IMG/VR virus record: IMGVR_UViG_3300042350_002797
Coordinates: 62,001 to 126,000 of that record
Strand: one strand, 5' to 3'
DNA: 64,000 bases
Shown: positions 36,303 through 45,765 of the stretch, one piece after another
Numbering within the stretch: position 1 is the stretch's first letter
Layout of the letters: each line of letters starts with the position of its first letter
Translations under genes and position numbers: made by a program
The notes under the pieces: generated by a model
Told to the model about the DNA's origin: nothing
Database searches by the model: none
Seen by the model: the letters and a program-made list of their open reading frames with translations, nothing else

Positions 36303-37367
36303 ATGAGTTTATTTGATCGAGGCGCCGGTACGAATACAGGATCTTTCAGCGGTTCTTTTATCAATACTGGAAGACAGGTGTTAGGTGGTGCCGGAAGATT
36401 GGCAGGCGCATTAAGTAATTTATCTAACCCGTCAATGGCATTGTCGCAATTAAGAAGTAGAAATTTGCCTGTTGGCGGCAATACGTCGTTTGCATCGTCT
36501 AGTGCTGGAGCACAATGGTCCGGATCTGAATCGTCCAATGATTGGAGAGTTAGATTAAGTTTACCAACAGATCCAACATTTTCCGGCAGTCCAGTGTTAC
36601 AGCCATTGGTTGCAGCTGGCGGAATGGTATTTCCTTATACTCCTCAAATTTCTATTTCAGGTACAGCATCGTATGATGAACAAGCGTTGACACATCAAAA
36701 CTATACATCAGTAAGTTATCAAAATAGCAAACAAGATTCTATTCAAATTACAGCACCTTTTTTTGTTGAAGATGCGGTACAAGCACAATATTGGTTAGCT
36801 GCTGTACATTATTTTAGAAGCATAACAAAAATGTATACAGGCGATGTAGGCGAAATCGCTGGAAACCCTCCACCGGTAGTGTTATTCAACGGATACGGAG
36901 ACTATGTGTTTAAAAATATACCAGTAGTTGTTAAAACCTTTAGTGTAGAATTACCTGCTGATGCAAATTATATTGCAACTACAGTAGGTAAATCTAGCAC
37001 ACAAACGTCACCTACTGGAAATGTTCTAGCTAATCCAGTTCCTTTAACACAAAGCTTTGCACAAAGAACTGCTCAGTTAGCTGGATTAGCTGGCGCATTA
37101 GGTGCATCTCAACTTGCACAAGTATTAGGTGTCGGAGCTATTGCTAGTTCAGCGATATCATCGTTGAGAAATGCTAGAAACAACAATCCAGCAAATGTAC
37201 CAACTCCAGCTAACTTAGGTACATTTGGCGGCGCAAGCCATGTTCCAGTTAAAAGTTCTTTTACTATAACCTTAACTCCAATATACAGCAGACAGAGTAT
37301 GAGGAAATTTAATTTGAACACATTTATAAGTGGCGGTTATGTGAACAATAATGTAGGATATCTATAA
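36303..37367 (+). CDS. Tail-tube initiator/baseplate protein (gp48/gp54-like)
   Basis: G.VFPYTP.I, HQNY....YQNS, PPP.V.FNGYG...F.NIPVVV..F..ELP...YI and ITL.P.YSR motifs; first gene of the baseplate operon. Confidence 0.65.
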   Translation: MSLFDRGAGTNTGSFSGSFINTGRQVLGGAGRLAGALSNLSNPSMALSQLRSRNLPVGGNTSFASSSAGAQWSGSESSNDWRVRLSLPTDPTFSGSPVLQPLVAAGGMVFPYTPQISISGTASYDEQALTHQNYTSVSYQNSKQDSIQITAPFFVEDAVQAQYWLAAVHYFRSITKMYTGDVGEIAGNPPPVVLFNGYGDYVFKNIPVVVKTFSVELPADANYIATTVGKSSTQTSPTGNVLANPVPLTQSFAQRTAQLAGLAGALGASQLAQVLGVGAIASSAISSLRNARNNNPANVPTPANLGTFGGASHVPVKSSFTITLTPIYSRQSMRKFNLNTFISGGYVNNNVGYL

Positions 37368-37368
37368 T

Positions 37369-37668
37369 ATGGCCACTTATAAAAAATCTAGCCCATGGGC
37401 TGACACACCTATAGAAAATGATTACTTAAGTAATCTTCGTATTCGGCCAGTTAGTGCAGAGCCGGATGATTTTCTTTACACTATAGAACCTCAATATACA
37501 CACCGCCCAGATTTGTTAGCTTATGATTTATATAAGGATTCAAAGTTATGGTGGGTGTTTATTCAAAGAAATATGGATGTACTTACTGATCCTATATACG
37601 ATTTTATACCAGGAGTAAAAATTTATATTCCAAAAGGCGACAGCTTAAAACAAATTTTAGGATTGTAA
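37369..37668 (+). CDS. gp53: Baseplate wedge protein (T4 gp53-like, LysM-type)
   Basis: RPDLLAYDLY.DS.LWWVF...N...D...DF..G..I.IP. Confidence 0.85.
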   Translation: MATYKKSSPWADTPIENDYLSNLRIRPVSAEPDDFLYTIEPQYTHRPDLLAYDLYKDSKLWWVFIQRNMDVLTDPIYDFIPGVKIYIPKGDSLKQILGL

Positions 37669-37671
37669 TTT

Positions 37672-40158
37672 ATGAATGTGTTCGAAGAAAATCTAAGAGC
37701 AGCAAGAAGCATACAAGAGAATCCTAATCCAATTATTAATAATAGTTCTGTAGTTGCAGGATCGTCTACGACACCGGTTAATAATCAAAGTAGTGGATAT
37801 ACGGCTCAATCGCAAGCACAACGATCTCCAAGCCAGAATGTTGCATCTACTCCTACATCTAATAATAATCAAACACAAACGCCGCCTTTTCCTAATGTGT
37901 TAACGCAATACACCAGTTATAATTATGCGTTTACTTTAAGCGTTTTATCTAGAGATCAAATTAACACATCAAGTTACAAACGAGGAGATTACGGTCCTTT
38001 ATTATTGCGTACAGCCAGCGGTGCTCCAGACAAGGATTTAATAGGAACACAATACGGTCAGTATGAATTTTATATGGATAATCTTAGGATCGATAGTGTT
38101 ATAGGATTTGATAAACTTTCAGGCAATACAAATGCAAATAAGATTAGTTTTGAAATTTTCGAACCTTACAGTATGGGATTGTTTTTTCAATCAATTCAAT
38201 CTGCCGCTAAAACTGCTGGTTATGAAAATTATTTAGATGTTCCGGTATTATTAACAATAGAATTTAAAGGGCATGTATTTGATAATGATCGTCAAGAAAT
38301 GTTTGTCACTATTCCTGATACTAAAAAACATATTCCTCTTAAAATAAGAACTATCCAGATGAAAGTCAGTGGAAAAGGAACTTCATATACTGTTGATGCG
38401 TATCCTTGGAATGAAGGTGCATATAGTGCTCAGTACAACATTTCTAAAACAGATATTACAATTAAATGCGACACTGGTAATTATACAGTACAAAATTTAT
38501 TACAAACAGGAGAACAAAGTTTACAAGTTGTTTTAAACAATTATTTTAAACAACGAGTAAAAGACGGTCAAGCAGAAACTGCGGATGAAATAGCAATTAT
38601 TTTTCCAACTGATATGTTTAATCAAAAATCATCAGGGCCCGATGAAAAAGCCGATCAATCAGCAACTAGATCCTCGACAATCAATAGCGGTGATTCTTCT
38701 GTGTTTAAATCTATAGGAATAGTAAGGGGAACAGGTAATAATAATAACCTTGTTCAAGACACTACTAATGGAACTGCCGCAGTTAACAAAATAGGACAGT
38801 CGCTATTAGCCTTTAATGAGCTCTATAAAGGAGATAGTTCTTTTCCAAAAGATAATGTGGTCTATGATGAAAAGACCGGAATTTATCAAAGAGGAAATAT
38901 AACGATAGATGTTAAGAATAGTGACTTTAAATTTAATCAAGGATCAACAGTTGTTGATATGATTAACCAAGTTATTATGACCAGCGAATACGCTAGAAAC
39001 GCTTTAACAGAAGGTAATAAAACACCACAAGGACAAATTTCTTGGTGGAAAGTTGAAACACAATTATACATTCTACGATCTAAAGAAAACGCAACTACTG
39101 GTCAAGGATCAAAACTGGCAGTTTTTAGAGTAGTTCCTTACTTAGTAGATACACATTATATTATTCCAGCAAACACTAAAAAACCTGGTCTTAAGAATTT
39201 AAAAAAAGAAAGTTTAAAAGAATACAACTACATCTATACAGGAAAAAACACTGAAATTTTAGATTGGAATATAGATTTTAGAGCAGGATTTTATACTGCA
39301 TTAGCTGCTGATGGAACTAAAAATACCGCTAAAGCTGAGTTATCTTCAGCGGCTAGTCCAGGTGCTAATCAATCAGATTTAGAAGAACAGAAAAAGAACA
39401 TAATTTCAAAACATGTAGCCGGTGTTTCGCCTACTACACAACAAACTCCGTCAGTGGTTAGAAATGACAAAATAGAAACTCAAAATTCGAATCAAGGTGG
39501 TCCATCGTTACAAGATGAAAAAACTGTAGCAGCAAAAGTATTCCAAGATATGTTAGTCAATGGCAATGACATGATAAAATTAGACATGACTATATTAGGA
39601 GATCCTTACTATCTTGGAGACAGCGGCATGGGGAATTATAATGCAGCACCTAGCCCTTATCAAAATCTTACAGGTGACGGTCAAATAAATTATCAAAGCG
39701 GTCAGGTCGCTATTACAATTAATTTTAGAACCCCAATAGATGTTAACTTAGAAACAGGCTTTTATAACTTTGGATCAGATACCAAACCTGTATTACAATT
39801 TAGTGGACTTTATCTATTACAAAAGGTTTCGCACGAGTTTTCAAGAGGAAAATTTAAACAAACATTAAACGGATTTAGATTAAAAGGACAAGATAATGAC
39901 GCTGCACCAGAAGCAGAATTTGTTTTAAGTCCTGAAACACCCACAGATGCAGCATCGTTTAACAAACAAACTAATGCCAGTATTCTTTCAGCAATTACAT
40001 CTGGAAATAATAATAATACTAGATCTCCAGTTGCTCAAGTACCTGGACAATCTAATCAAGGTGTAGCTAGAACAACAGAAGTAACTCCTGGACCAATAAC
40101 AGCTATTGACCCCTTTGATAGAAATGCTGCTGCATTCGGCAGAAGAATAAATCCATAA
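37672..40158 (+). CDS. Baseplate hub protein (gp27-like position), 828 aa
   Basis: Lies between gp53 and gp5; C-terminal LDMTILGDPYYL and FSGLY....V.H.F..G.F.QTL motifs of hub proteins. Confidence 0.65.
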   Translation: MNVFEENLRAARSIQENPNPIINNSSVVAGSSTTPVNNQSSGYTAQSQAQRSPSQNVASTPTSNNNQTQTPPFPNVLTQYTSYNYAFTLSVLSRDQINTSSYKRGDYGPLLLRTASGAPDKDLIGTQYGQYEFYMDNLRIDSVIGFDKLSGNTNANKISFEIFEPYSMGLFFQSIQSAAKTAGYENYLDVPVLLTIEFKGHVFDNDRQEMFVTIPDTKKHIPLKIRTIQMKVSGKGTSYTVDAYPWNEGAYSAQYNISKTDITIKCDTGNYTVQNLLQTGEQSLQVVLNNYFKQRVKDGQAETADEIAIIFPTDMFNQKSSGPDEKADQSATRSSTINSGDSSVFKSIGIVRGTGNNNNLVQDTTNGTAAVNKIGQSLLAFNELYKGDSSFPKDNVVYDEKTGIYQRGNITIDVKNSDFKFNQGSTVVDMINQVIMTSEYARNALTEGNKTPQGQISWWKVETQLYILRSKENATTGQGSKLAVFRVVPYLVDTHYIIPANTKKPGLKNLKKESLKEYNYIYTGKNTEILDWNIDFRAGFYTALAADGTKNTAKAELSSAASPGANQSDLEEQKKNIISKHVAGVSPTTQQTPSVVRNDKIETQNSNQGGPSLQDEKTVAAKVFQDMLVNGNDMIKLDMTILGDPYYLGDSGMGNYNAAPSPYQNLTGDGQINYQSGQVAITINFRTPIDVNLETGFYNFGSDTKPVLQFSGLYLLQKVSHEFSRGKFKQTLNGFRLKGQDNDAAPEAEFVLSPETPTDAASFNKQTNASILSAITSGNNNNTRSPVAQVPGQSNQGVARTTEVTPGPITAIDPFDRNAAAFGRRINP

Positions 40159-40169
40159 AGGTAATCTAA

Positions 40170-41786
40170 ATGACGTCATCATCATACACTAAAGAAAATA
40201 GTAGCGAAGAATTCAGACCAAGTATTACCAGTAACCCGGTCAATCCAGGACCATTTATAGCTAAGGTTATTAGTAATGTTGATCCTACTTACATGGGATC
40301 TCTTCAAGTACAAATATTAAGAGAAGTAGGAAATGATCCTGCGGTTGCAGGACAAACAAGAACAGTGAAGTATCTTAATCCTTATTACGGAATAACTGAT
40401 ATAGATTTTGTAACACAAAGTCCTGAAGATTTTAATAACACTCAAAAAAGTCATGGAATGTGGTTCGTTCCTCCTGAACCAGGAACACTTGTTCTTGTAA
40501 TCTTTGTCGGCGGTTCCGCAAGTAACGGATTTTGGATAGGTTGCGTACAACACGAAAATTCAAACTTTATGATACCTGGTATAGCAGCTACTAAGTTTAA
40601 AGTTTCTGGCCAAGCCGAGCGTGTGCCTGTTGCTGAGTATAATAAAGTTGCAAGAATATCTACTCAAGATCCTACAAAAATTCCTAAACCAGAACACCCT
40701 TTCGCTACAGTATTGTCTGAACAAGGCTTATTAAGAGATGACATACGAGGAATAACTTCAAGTTCTGCTAGAAGAGAAACTCCTAGTCATGTTGTGGGAA
40801 TTAGTACTCCAGGGCCACTCGATAAAAGATCTTCATCTAAACGAGGTAAAGTAGGTAAAGCTGAACATAAAATTTCTAATTTTCCAGTAAGTAGGTTAGG
40901 AGGCTCTACTTTTGTCATGGACGACGGAGATGACAAATTTTTACGGAAAACAGATCCTTCTAAAGGGCCTCCTGAATACGCATCTGTTGAAAACAAAGAA
41001 ACTACCGGAGATGTTACTAGACCTCATAACGAATTAATTAGAATACGAACACGTACAGGCCATCAAATTTTATTACATAATTCAGAAGATTTAATTTATA
41101 TAGGCAATGCTAGAGGAACAGCTTGGATAGAATTAACTAGTGATGGAAAAATTGACATATTTTCTGAAGATAGTATTAGCGTAAGAACTAAACAAGATTT
41201 GAATTTTTATGCAGATCGTGATATCAATTTACAAGCCGGTCGCAATTTTAACACTAAAGTAGCCGGAGAAATGCACACACACGTGAATAAAGATTCAGTG
41301 TTAATAGTAGATGAAAATCAAAAAATTCATATTAAGAAGAATGTAGACGAAACAGTAGTAGGAAATGTTAAAGAAAAAATTCAAGGAAACTTTGATTTAA
41401 ACATTACCGGCCACAACTATCAAACATCAGGAGAAGCTAATCATACTAGAGCCAAGACCATTGTAGAAACAGCTACCCGTATTGACATGAACGGCCCAGC
41501 CGCAGCTACCGCAGCCACCGCAGGATTGCCAAAACAATTAAAAACTCATGTTCTTCCGCAGGATACAGGAATAAAGATAAGCACTATTATGCGTAGATTG
41601 CCTACCAGCGAACCTTATCCTCAACATGAAAATTTAGATCCTGTAAAATATAAACCAGAAAAAACTGATAGAGATTCAGCTGGAAGGTACGAAGGTGAAT
41701 CCACGGATTTACAAGAGCCAGCAACATATTGGAAAAAGTATTCTACAGTAATTGATACGTTTGAAAAAATTAAATCACAAGAATAA
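40170..41786 (+). CDS. gp5: Central spike protein (T4 gp5/VgrG-like), no lysozyme domain evident
   Basis: N-terminal OB fold (DP...G...V...GMWFVPP..G..VLVIF..G....GFW), RTRTGHQI, C-terminal beta-helix repeats. Confidence 0.8.
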   Translation: MTSSSYTKENSSEEFRPSITSNPVNPGPFIAKVISNVDPTYMGSLQVQILREVGNDPAVAGQTRTVKYLNPYYGITDIDFVTQSPEDFNNTQKSHGMWFVPPEPGTLVLVIFVGGSASNGFWIGCVQHENSNFMIPGIAATKFKVSGQAERVPVAEYNKVARISTQDPTKIPKPEHPFATVLSEQGLLRDDIRGITSSSARRETPSHVVGISTPGPLDKRSSSKRGKVGKAEHKISNFPVSRLGGSTFVMDDGDDKFLRKTDPSKGPPEYASVENKETTGDVTRPHNELIRIRTRTGHQILLHNSEDLIYIGNARGTAWIELTSDGKIDIFSEDSISVRTKQDLNFYADRDINLQAGRNFNTKVAGEMHTHVNKDSVLIVDENQKIHIKKNVDETVVGNVKEKIQGNFDLNITGHNYQTSGEANHTRAKTIVETATRIDMNGPAAATAATAGLPKQLKTHVLPQDTGIKISTIMRRLPTSEPYPQHENLDPVKYKPEKTDRDSAGRYEGESTDLQEPATYWKKYSTVIDTFEKIKSQE

Positions 41787-41797
41787 GGAATTATATT

Positions 41798-42238
41798 ATG
41801 ACTGCTAACTCTAAACTTTACGAAAAAGTTATTATTAAAGGACTTAATCAAGAACAAAAGATACCAGGAACTAGAACTTATAAAGGGTTTAGTTCAGTAT
41901 CTTCAGAAGCTAACAGCTTTTCTTTATATGATTTCGCTCTAATAAAGCAAGATATTTTAAATCATTTTAATATAAGACAGGGGGAAAAATTGGAAAATCC
42001 TGAATTTGGTACAATTATTTGGGACGTTATATTCGAACCTCTTACTGATGATTTAAAAAATTTAATTAGAAGAAATGTAGAAACAATTGTTAATTATGAT
42101 CCTAGGGTAGCTGCCGAAGATGTAATAGTAACTTCGTACGAAAGTGGAATTCAAATTGAATGTGTATTAACATATTTGCCATATAACATTAGCGAAGCTT
42201 TACAATTAAGATTTGATAGAGATAATAATTTATTTTAA
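41798..42238 (+). CDS. gp25: Baseplate wedge subunit (T4 gp25-like)
   Basis: IKQDILNHF.IRQGEK..NP.FG..IW..FEP and YDPRV motifs. Confidence 0.9.
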   Translation: MTANSKLYEKVIIKGLNQEQKIPGTRTYKGFSSVSSEANSFSLYDFALIKQDILNHFNIRQGEKLENPEFGTIIWDVIFEPLTDDLKNLIRRNVETIVNYDPRVAAEDVIVTSYESGIQIECVLTYLPYNISEALQLRFDRDNNLF

Positions 42239-42262
42239 TAAACTACGCACATTTTAACTTTC

Positions 42263-42270
42263 GATAAATA
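42263..42270 (+). promoter_or_regulatory. Late promoter (GATAAATA)
   Basis: Intergenic, 22 nt upstream of ATG 42292. Confidence 0.65.
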
Positions 42271-42291
42271 TTAGTTATATGGGAAAAATGT

Positions 42292-45200
42292 ATGTCAGCA
42301 ACTGATAGACAAAATAGACTTTTAGTAGCAGAAGATTGGAAAAGAATTTACCAAACTTTCCAGAATGCTGATTTTCAAAGTTACGATTTTGAAAATCTTC
42401 GCAGAGTAATGATTAACTATATTAGAGAAAATTATCCTGAAGATTTTAACGATTATATTGAATCAAGCGAATTTTTAGCTCTTATAGACCTAATAGCATT
42501 TACAGGTCAGAGTATCAGTTTTAGGACCGATCTCAACGCAAGAGACAATTTTTTAGAACTTGCTGAACGTAGAGAAAGTGTACTACGTCTAGCAAGGCTA
42601 TTAGGATATAATTCTAAAAGAAATATTTGTGCCAGCGGCCTATTAAAATTCACCACAATATCTACTACCGAAACCATTTTAGATAGTAATGGTCGCAATC
42701 TATCAGGGCAAGTAATTGTATGGAATGATTTAGCCAACCCAGATTGGTACGATCAGTTTATTAGAGTTTTAAATGGTGCGCTGCCTTTTTCAGCACAGTT
42801 TGGCAATCCTGTAGACAAAAAAACAGTTTATAGCATTCCTTCTGAGCAATATAGATTACAATCTGCTAATTCAGATGTTCCAGTCTATACCTTTACCAAA
42901 GCAGTCGATGGCAGAAACATGGTGTTCGAAATTGTATCTACGTCTTTTAGAGATGCTGACGAAATTTATGAAGAGCCTCCTGCTCAAGGAAATAGATTAG
43001 CGTTTATATACAGAAATGATGGAAAAGGTAATGCCAGTCCTAACACTGGTTTTTTTCTGCATTTTAGACAAGGTATTCTTAATCAAGGAACTTTTACAAT
43101 TGATCAACCAGGCACTAATGAGACGGTGGATATAGATGCAGTCAACATTAATAACAGTGACGTTTGGTTATATCGTCTAGATCAGAATGGATTAGAATCG
43201 GAATATTGGAAAAAAGTTCCAAGTTTAGAAGGCAATAACATAATTTATAATAGTCTATCTAAATCTATAAGAAATATATACGGTGATATTACTAGAGCAG
43301 GAGACAGAGTAAGTTTAGTTTTCAGTGACGGAACATTTGGTACCTTACCGTTAGGAACTTTTAGAGCTTATTATCGTGTTAGCAATGCTTTAAGCTACAC
43401 AATTAATCCAAGAGATATTAGAAATGTAAATTTAGAAATTCCATATTTTTCTAACGTAGGAAGATTGGAAACTTTAACTATTACTTTAAATTTACAATCA
43501 GCAGTTAACAACTCTAGCGAAACAGAAACTAACGATAATATTAAGTCTAGAGCCCCAGCTGTATATTATACACAAAATAGAATGATTACTGCTGAGGATT
43601 ATAACATCAGTCCTCTTAGCGTAAATCAAGAAGTAGTCAAGGTTAAAGCAGTAAACAGAAGCTCCAGTGGAATCAGTAGATACTTTGACTTAGTTGACCC
43701 TACGGGAAAATATAGTAAAACTAATTTGTTCGCAGATGATGGTATAGTGTATAGAGAAGAATTTACTGAAAGTTTTAAATTTAATTATGTAACTAGAACT
43801 GATATTGAAGGAATAATTTATAATCAAATCACTGATTTGTTAAATCGACGTTCGTTAAGAGATTTTTATTATTCTAAATTTTTTAAGATAGTTATTCTCA
43901 GCTTAAATGTTGCATGGTATTCTAAATCCAGCGACACTAATCAATCTACAGGATACATTGGAGATAACGAACTAGCATTTACATATAAAGTAGGATCTTT
44001 TACAAACACGTTGCTTAGATACATCACAGCAGGAGCATTAGTAGAATTCAGAGCCCCAGACGGATATTATTTTGATAGAAATAATAATAATGCACTAGTA
44101 CAAGGAAATCCTGTGACTCCTAACAGTACTACTAGTATTTGGTCAAAAATAGTAAAAGTTGCGGGCGACGGCACAGGCAACAGTACAGGCGAACTGTCTG
44201 ACGGGTCAGGTCCAATTATTTTAAATGATGTAATACCTTCAAATGCAATTTTATATCAACTTATTCCTACGTGGGTCACTTATCTGGATCAAAGTACAAT
44301 ATCTACTATGATAGATTTAGTCTTTTCGGATAAACCGTTTGGTTTACGCTACGACATTGACTCTTTTTCTTGGAAAATAGTATTTGAAGTAGATTTAAAC
44401 ATTGTAGATAATTTTAGTTTAGGTCAACAGGGCGACAACAGCAATCAACAATTAGACTCAAGTTGGTTAATTTTATTTTCAACAGATACAGAATATTATA
44501 CAGTTAAGAGTAGACAGCTAAGATACATTTTTGAAAGCGACAAACAGGTAAGATTTTACTTTGACGCCAGCGACAAAATTTATGACACTAGAAGTAATAC
44601 AGTGGTCAAAGATAAAATTAAAGTGTTAAGTATCAACACAGATCCTAATTCAGTTGGACTAACTTCTGATTCTTCTGGATTAATACCATATACTTTTGAT
44701 AAAGAATGGGAAATTTTAGAAGAGTTTAGAGGCATTGACGGATACGTAGATACAAAAAAGATTCAGATTACATTTAATGATGTTGACGACGACGGCGTTG
44801 TTGATAATCCTCAAATATTTGATGAAATTGTAGCACCTAATGTAACACCATCTTCTCGTTATATTATTCTTGAACGCTATGAACTCGCTCAAGGTCAAGA
44901 AGATTATCGTTGGGTAGAAAATAACGGTAAAGTTATTATCTTGAATTCAGAAAATGGTTTTAATAGCAGTCAGTACAACGACGGTCAATATTTTTATTTT
45001 ATTGCTACAGATGTGGTAAAGAAGTTTAATAAATCTCAGAATTTATTAATAATAAGTTTAGATTACAAAGCATATGTAGGAAGAGCAGGTATAAAGTTTC
45101 AGTATATACATAATGCAGATTTTGAGTCTAGAATCGATCCAGGTGTAAGTAACATTGTTGATATCTATATATTAACTAAACGATATGATGAAAATTTTAG

Positions 45201-45765
45201 ACAATGGTTAACTGGAGTGATTTCACAAGAACCGTTACCTCAAAGTTCAGATAGTTTATATAATTTATTATCGCCTGAGTTGAATAAGATTAAAACAATA
45301 AGTGATGAAATCATTTATCATCCTGTAAAATATAAAGTGTTGTTTGGAGAAAAAGCAACAACAGATGTTCAAGCAACTTTTAAAGTTGTAAAAAATCCAG
45401 ATTTAGTTATTACTGATAATGATGCAAAAGCATCTGTATTAAATTCTATTAACGAATTTTTTGCTCTTGAAAACTGGGAGTTCGGTGACAACTTCTATTT
45501 CTCAGAATTATCAACTTATGTTATGAGAAGATTAAGTCCTAATATTGTAAATTTTATTATTGTTCCTAAAAAGGACTCGAGTAGTTTTGGTGCATTATAT
45601 GAAATAAGATCAGAAAAAGATCAAATCTTTATAAGTGGCGCAACTGTAAATGACATAGAAATAATTTCTACAATTACTGCTAATAAACTTAAAGCATCAG
45701 GGGCTATATCTGCAAGTTCAACAGTAGCAGGCCAACAAATGATTACCAGTGCGGAGAATAGTTAA
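42292..45765 (+). CDS. gp6: Baseplate wedge protein (T4 gp6-like), 1157 aa
   Basis: DF.SYDFE.L...I.Y....YPEDFNDYIESSE, A.RRESVLRLA..LGY, IK.RAP..Y..QNR.IT.EDY motifs. Confidence 0.88.
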   Translation: MSATDRQNRLLVAEDWKRIYQTFQNADFQSYDFENLRRVMINYIRENYPEDFNDYIESSEFLALIDLIAFTGQSISFRTDLNARDNFLELAERRESVLRLARLLGYNSKRNICASGLLKFTTISTTETILDSNGRNLSGQVIVWNDLANPDWYDQFIRVLNGALPFSAQFGNPVDKKTVYSIPSEQYRLQSANSDVPVYTFTKAVDGRNMVFEIVSTSFRDADEIYEEPPAQGNRLAFIYRNDGKGNASPNTGFFLHFRQGILNQGTFTIDQPGTNETVDIDAVNINNSDVWLYRLDQNGLESEYWKKVPSLEGNNIIYNSLSKSIRNIYGDITRAGDRVSLVFSDGTFGTLPLGTFRAYYRVSNALSYTINPRDIRNVNLEIPYFSNVGRLETLTITLNLQSAVNNSSETETNDNIKSRAPAVYYTQNRMITAEDYNISPLSVNQEVVKVKAVNRSSSGISRYFDLVDPTGKYSKTNLFADDGIVYREEFTESFKFNYVTRTDIEGIIYNQITDLLNRRSLRDFYYSKFFKIVILSLNVAWYSKSSDTNQSTGYIGDNELAFTYKVGSFTNTLLRYITAGALVEFRAPDGYYFDRNNNNALVQGNPVTPNSTTSIWSKIVKVAGDGTGNSTGELSDGSGPIILNDVIPSNAILYQLIPTWVTYLDQSTISTMIDLVFSDKPFGLRYDIDSFSWKIVFEVDLNIVDNFSLGQQGDNSNQQLDSSWLILFSTDTEYYTVKSRQLRYIFESDKQVRFYFDASDKIYDTRSNTVVKDKIKVLSINTDPNSVGLTSDSSGLIPYTFDKEWEILEEFRGIDGYVDTKKIQITFNDVDDDGVVDNPQIFDEIVAPNVTPSSRYIILERYELAQGQEDYRWVENNGKVIILNSENGFNSSQYNDGQYFYFIATDVVKKFNKSQNLLIISLDYKAYVGRAGIKFQYIHNADFESRIDPGVSNIVDIYILTKRYDENFRQWLTGVISQEPLPQSSDSLYNLLSPELNKIKTISDEIIYHPVKYKVLFGEKATTDVQATFKVVKNPDLVITDNDAKASVLNSINEFFALENWEFGDNFYFSELSTYVMRRLSPNIVNFIIVPKKDSSSFGALYEIRSEKDQIFISGATVNDIEIISTITANKLKASGAISASSTVAGQQMITSAENS

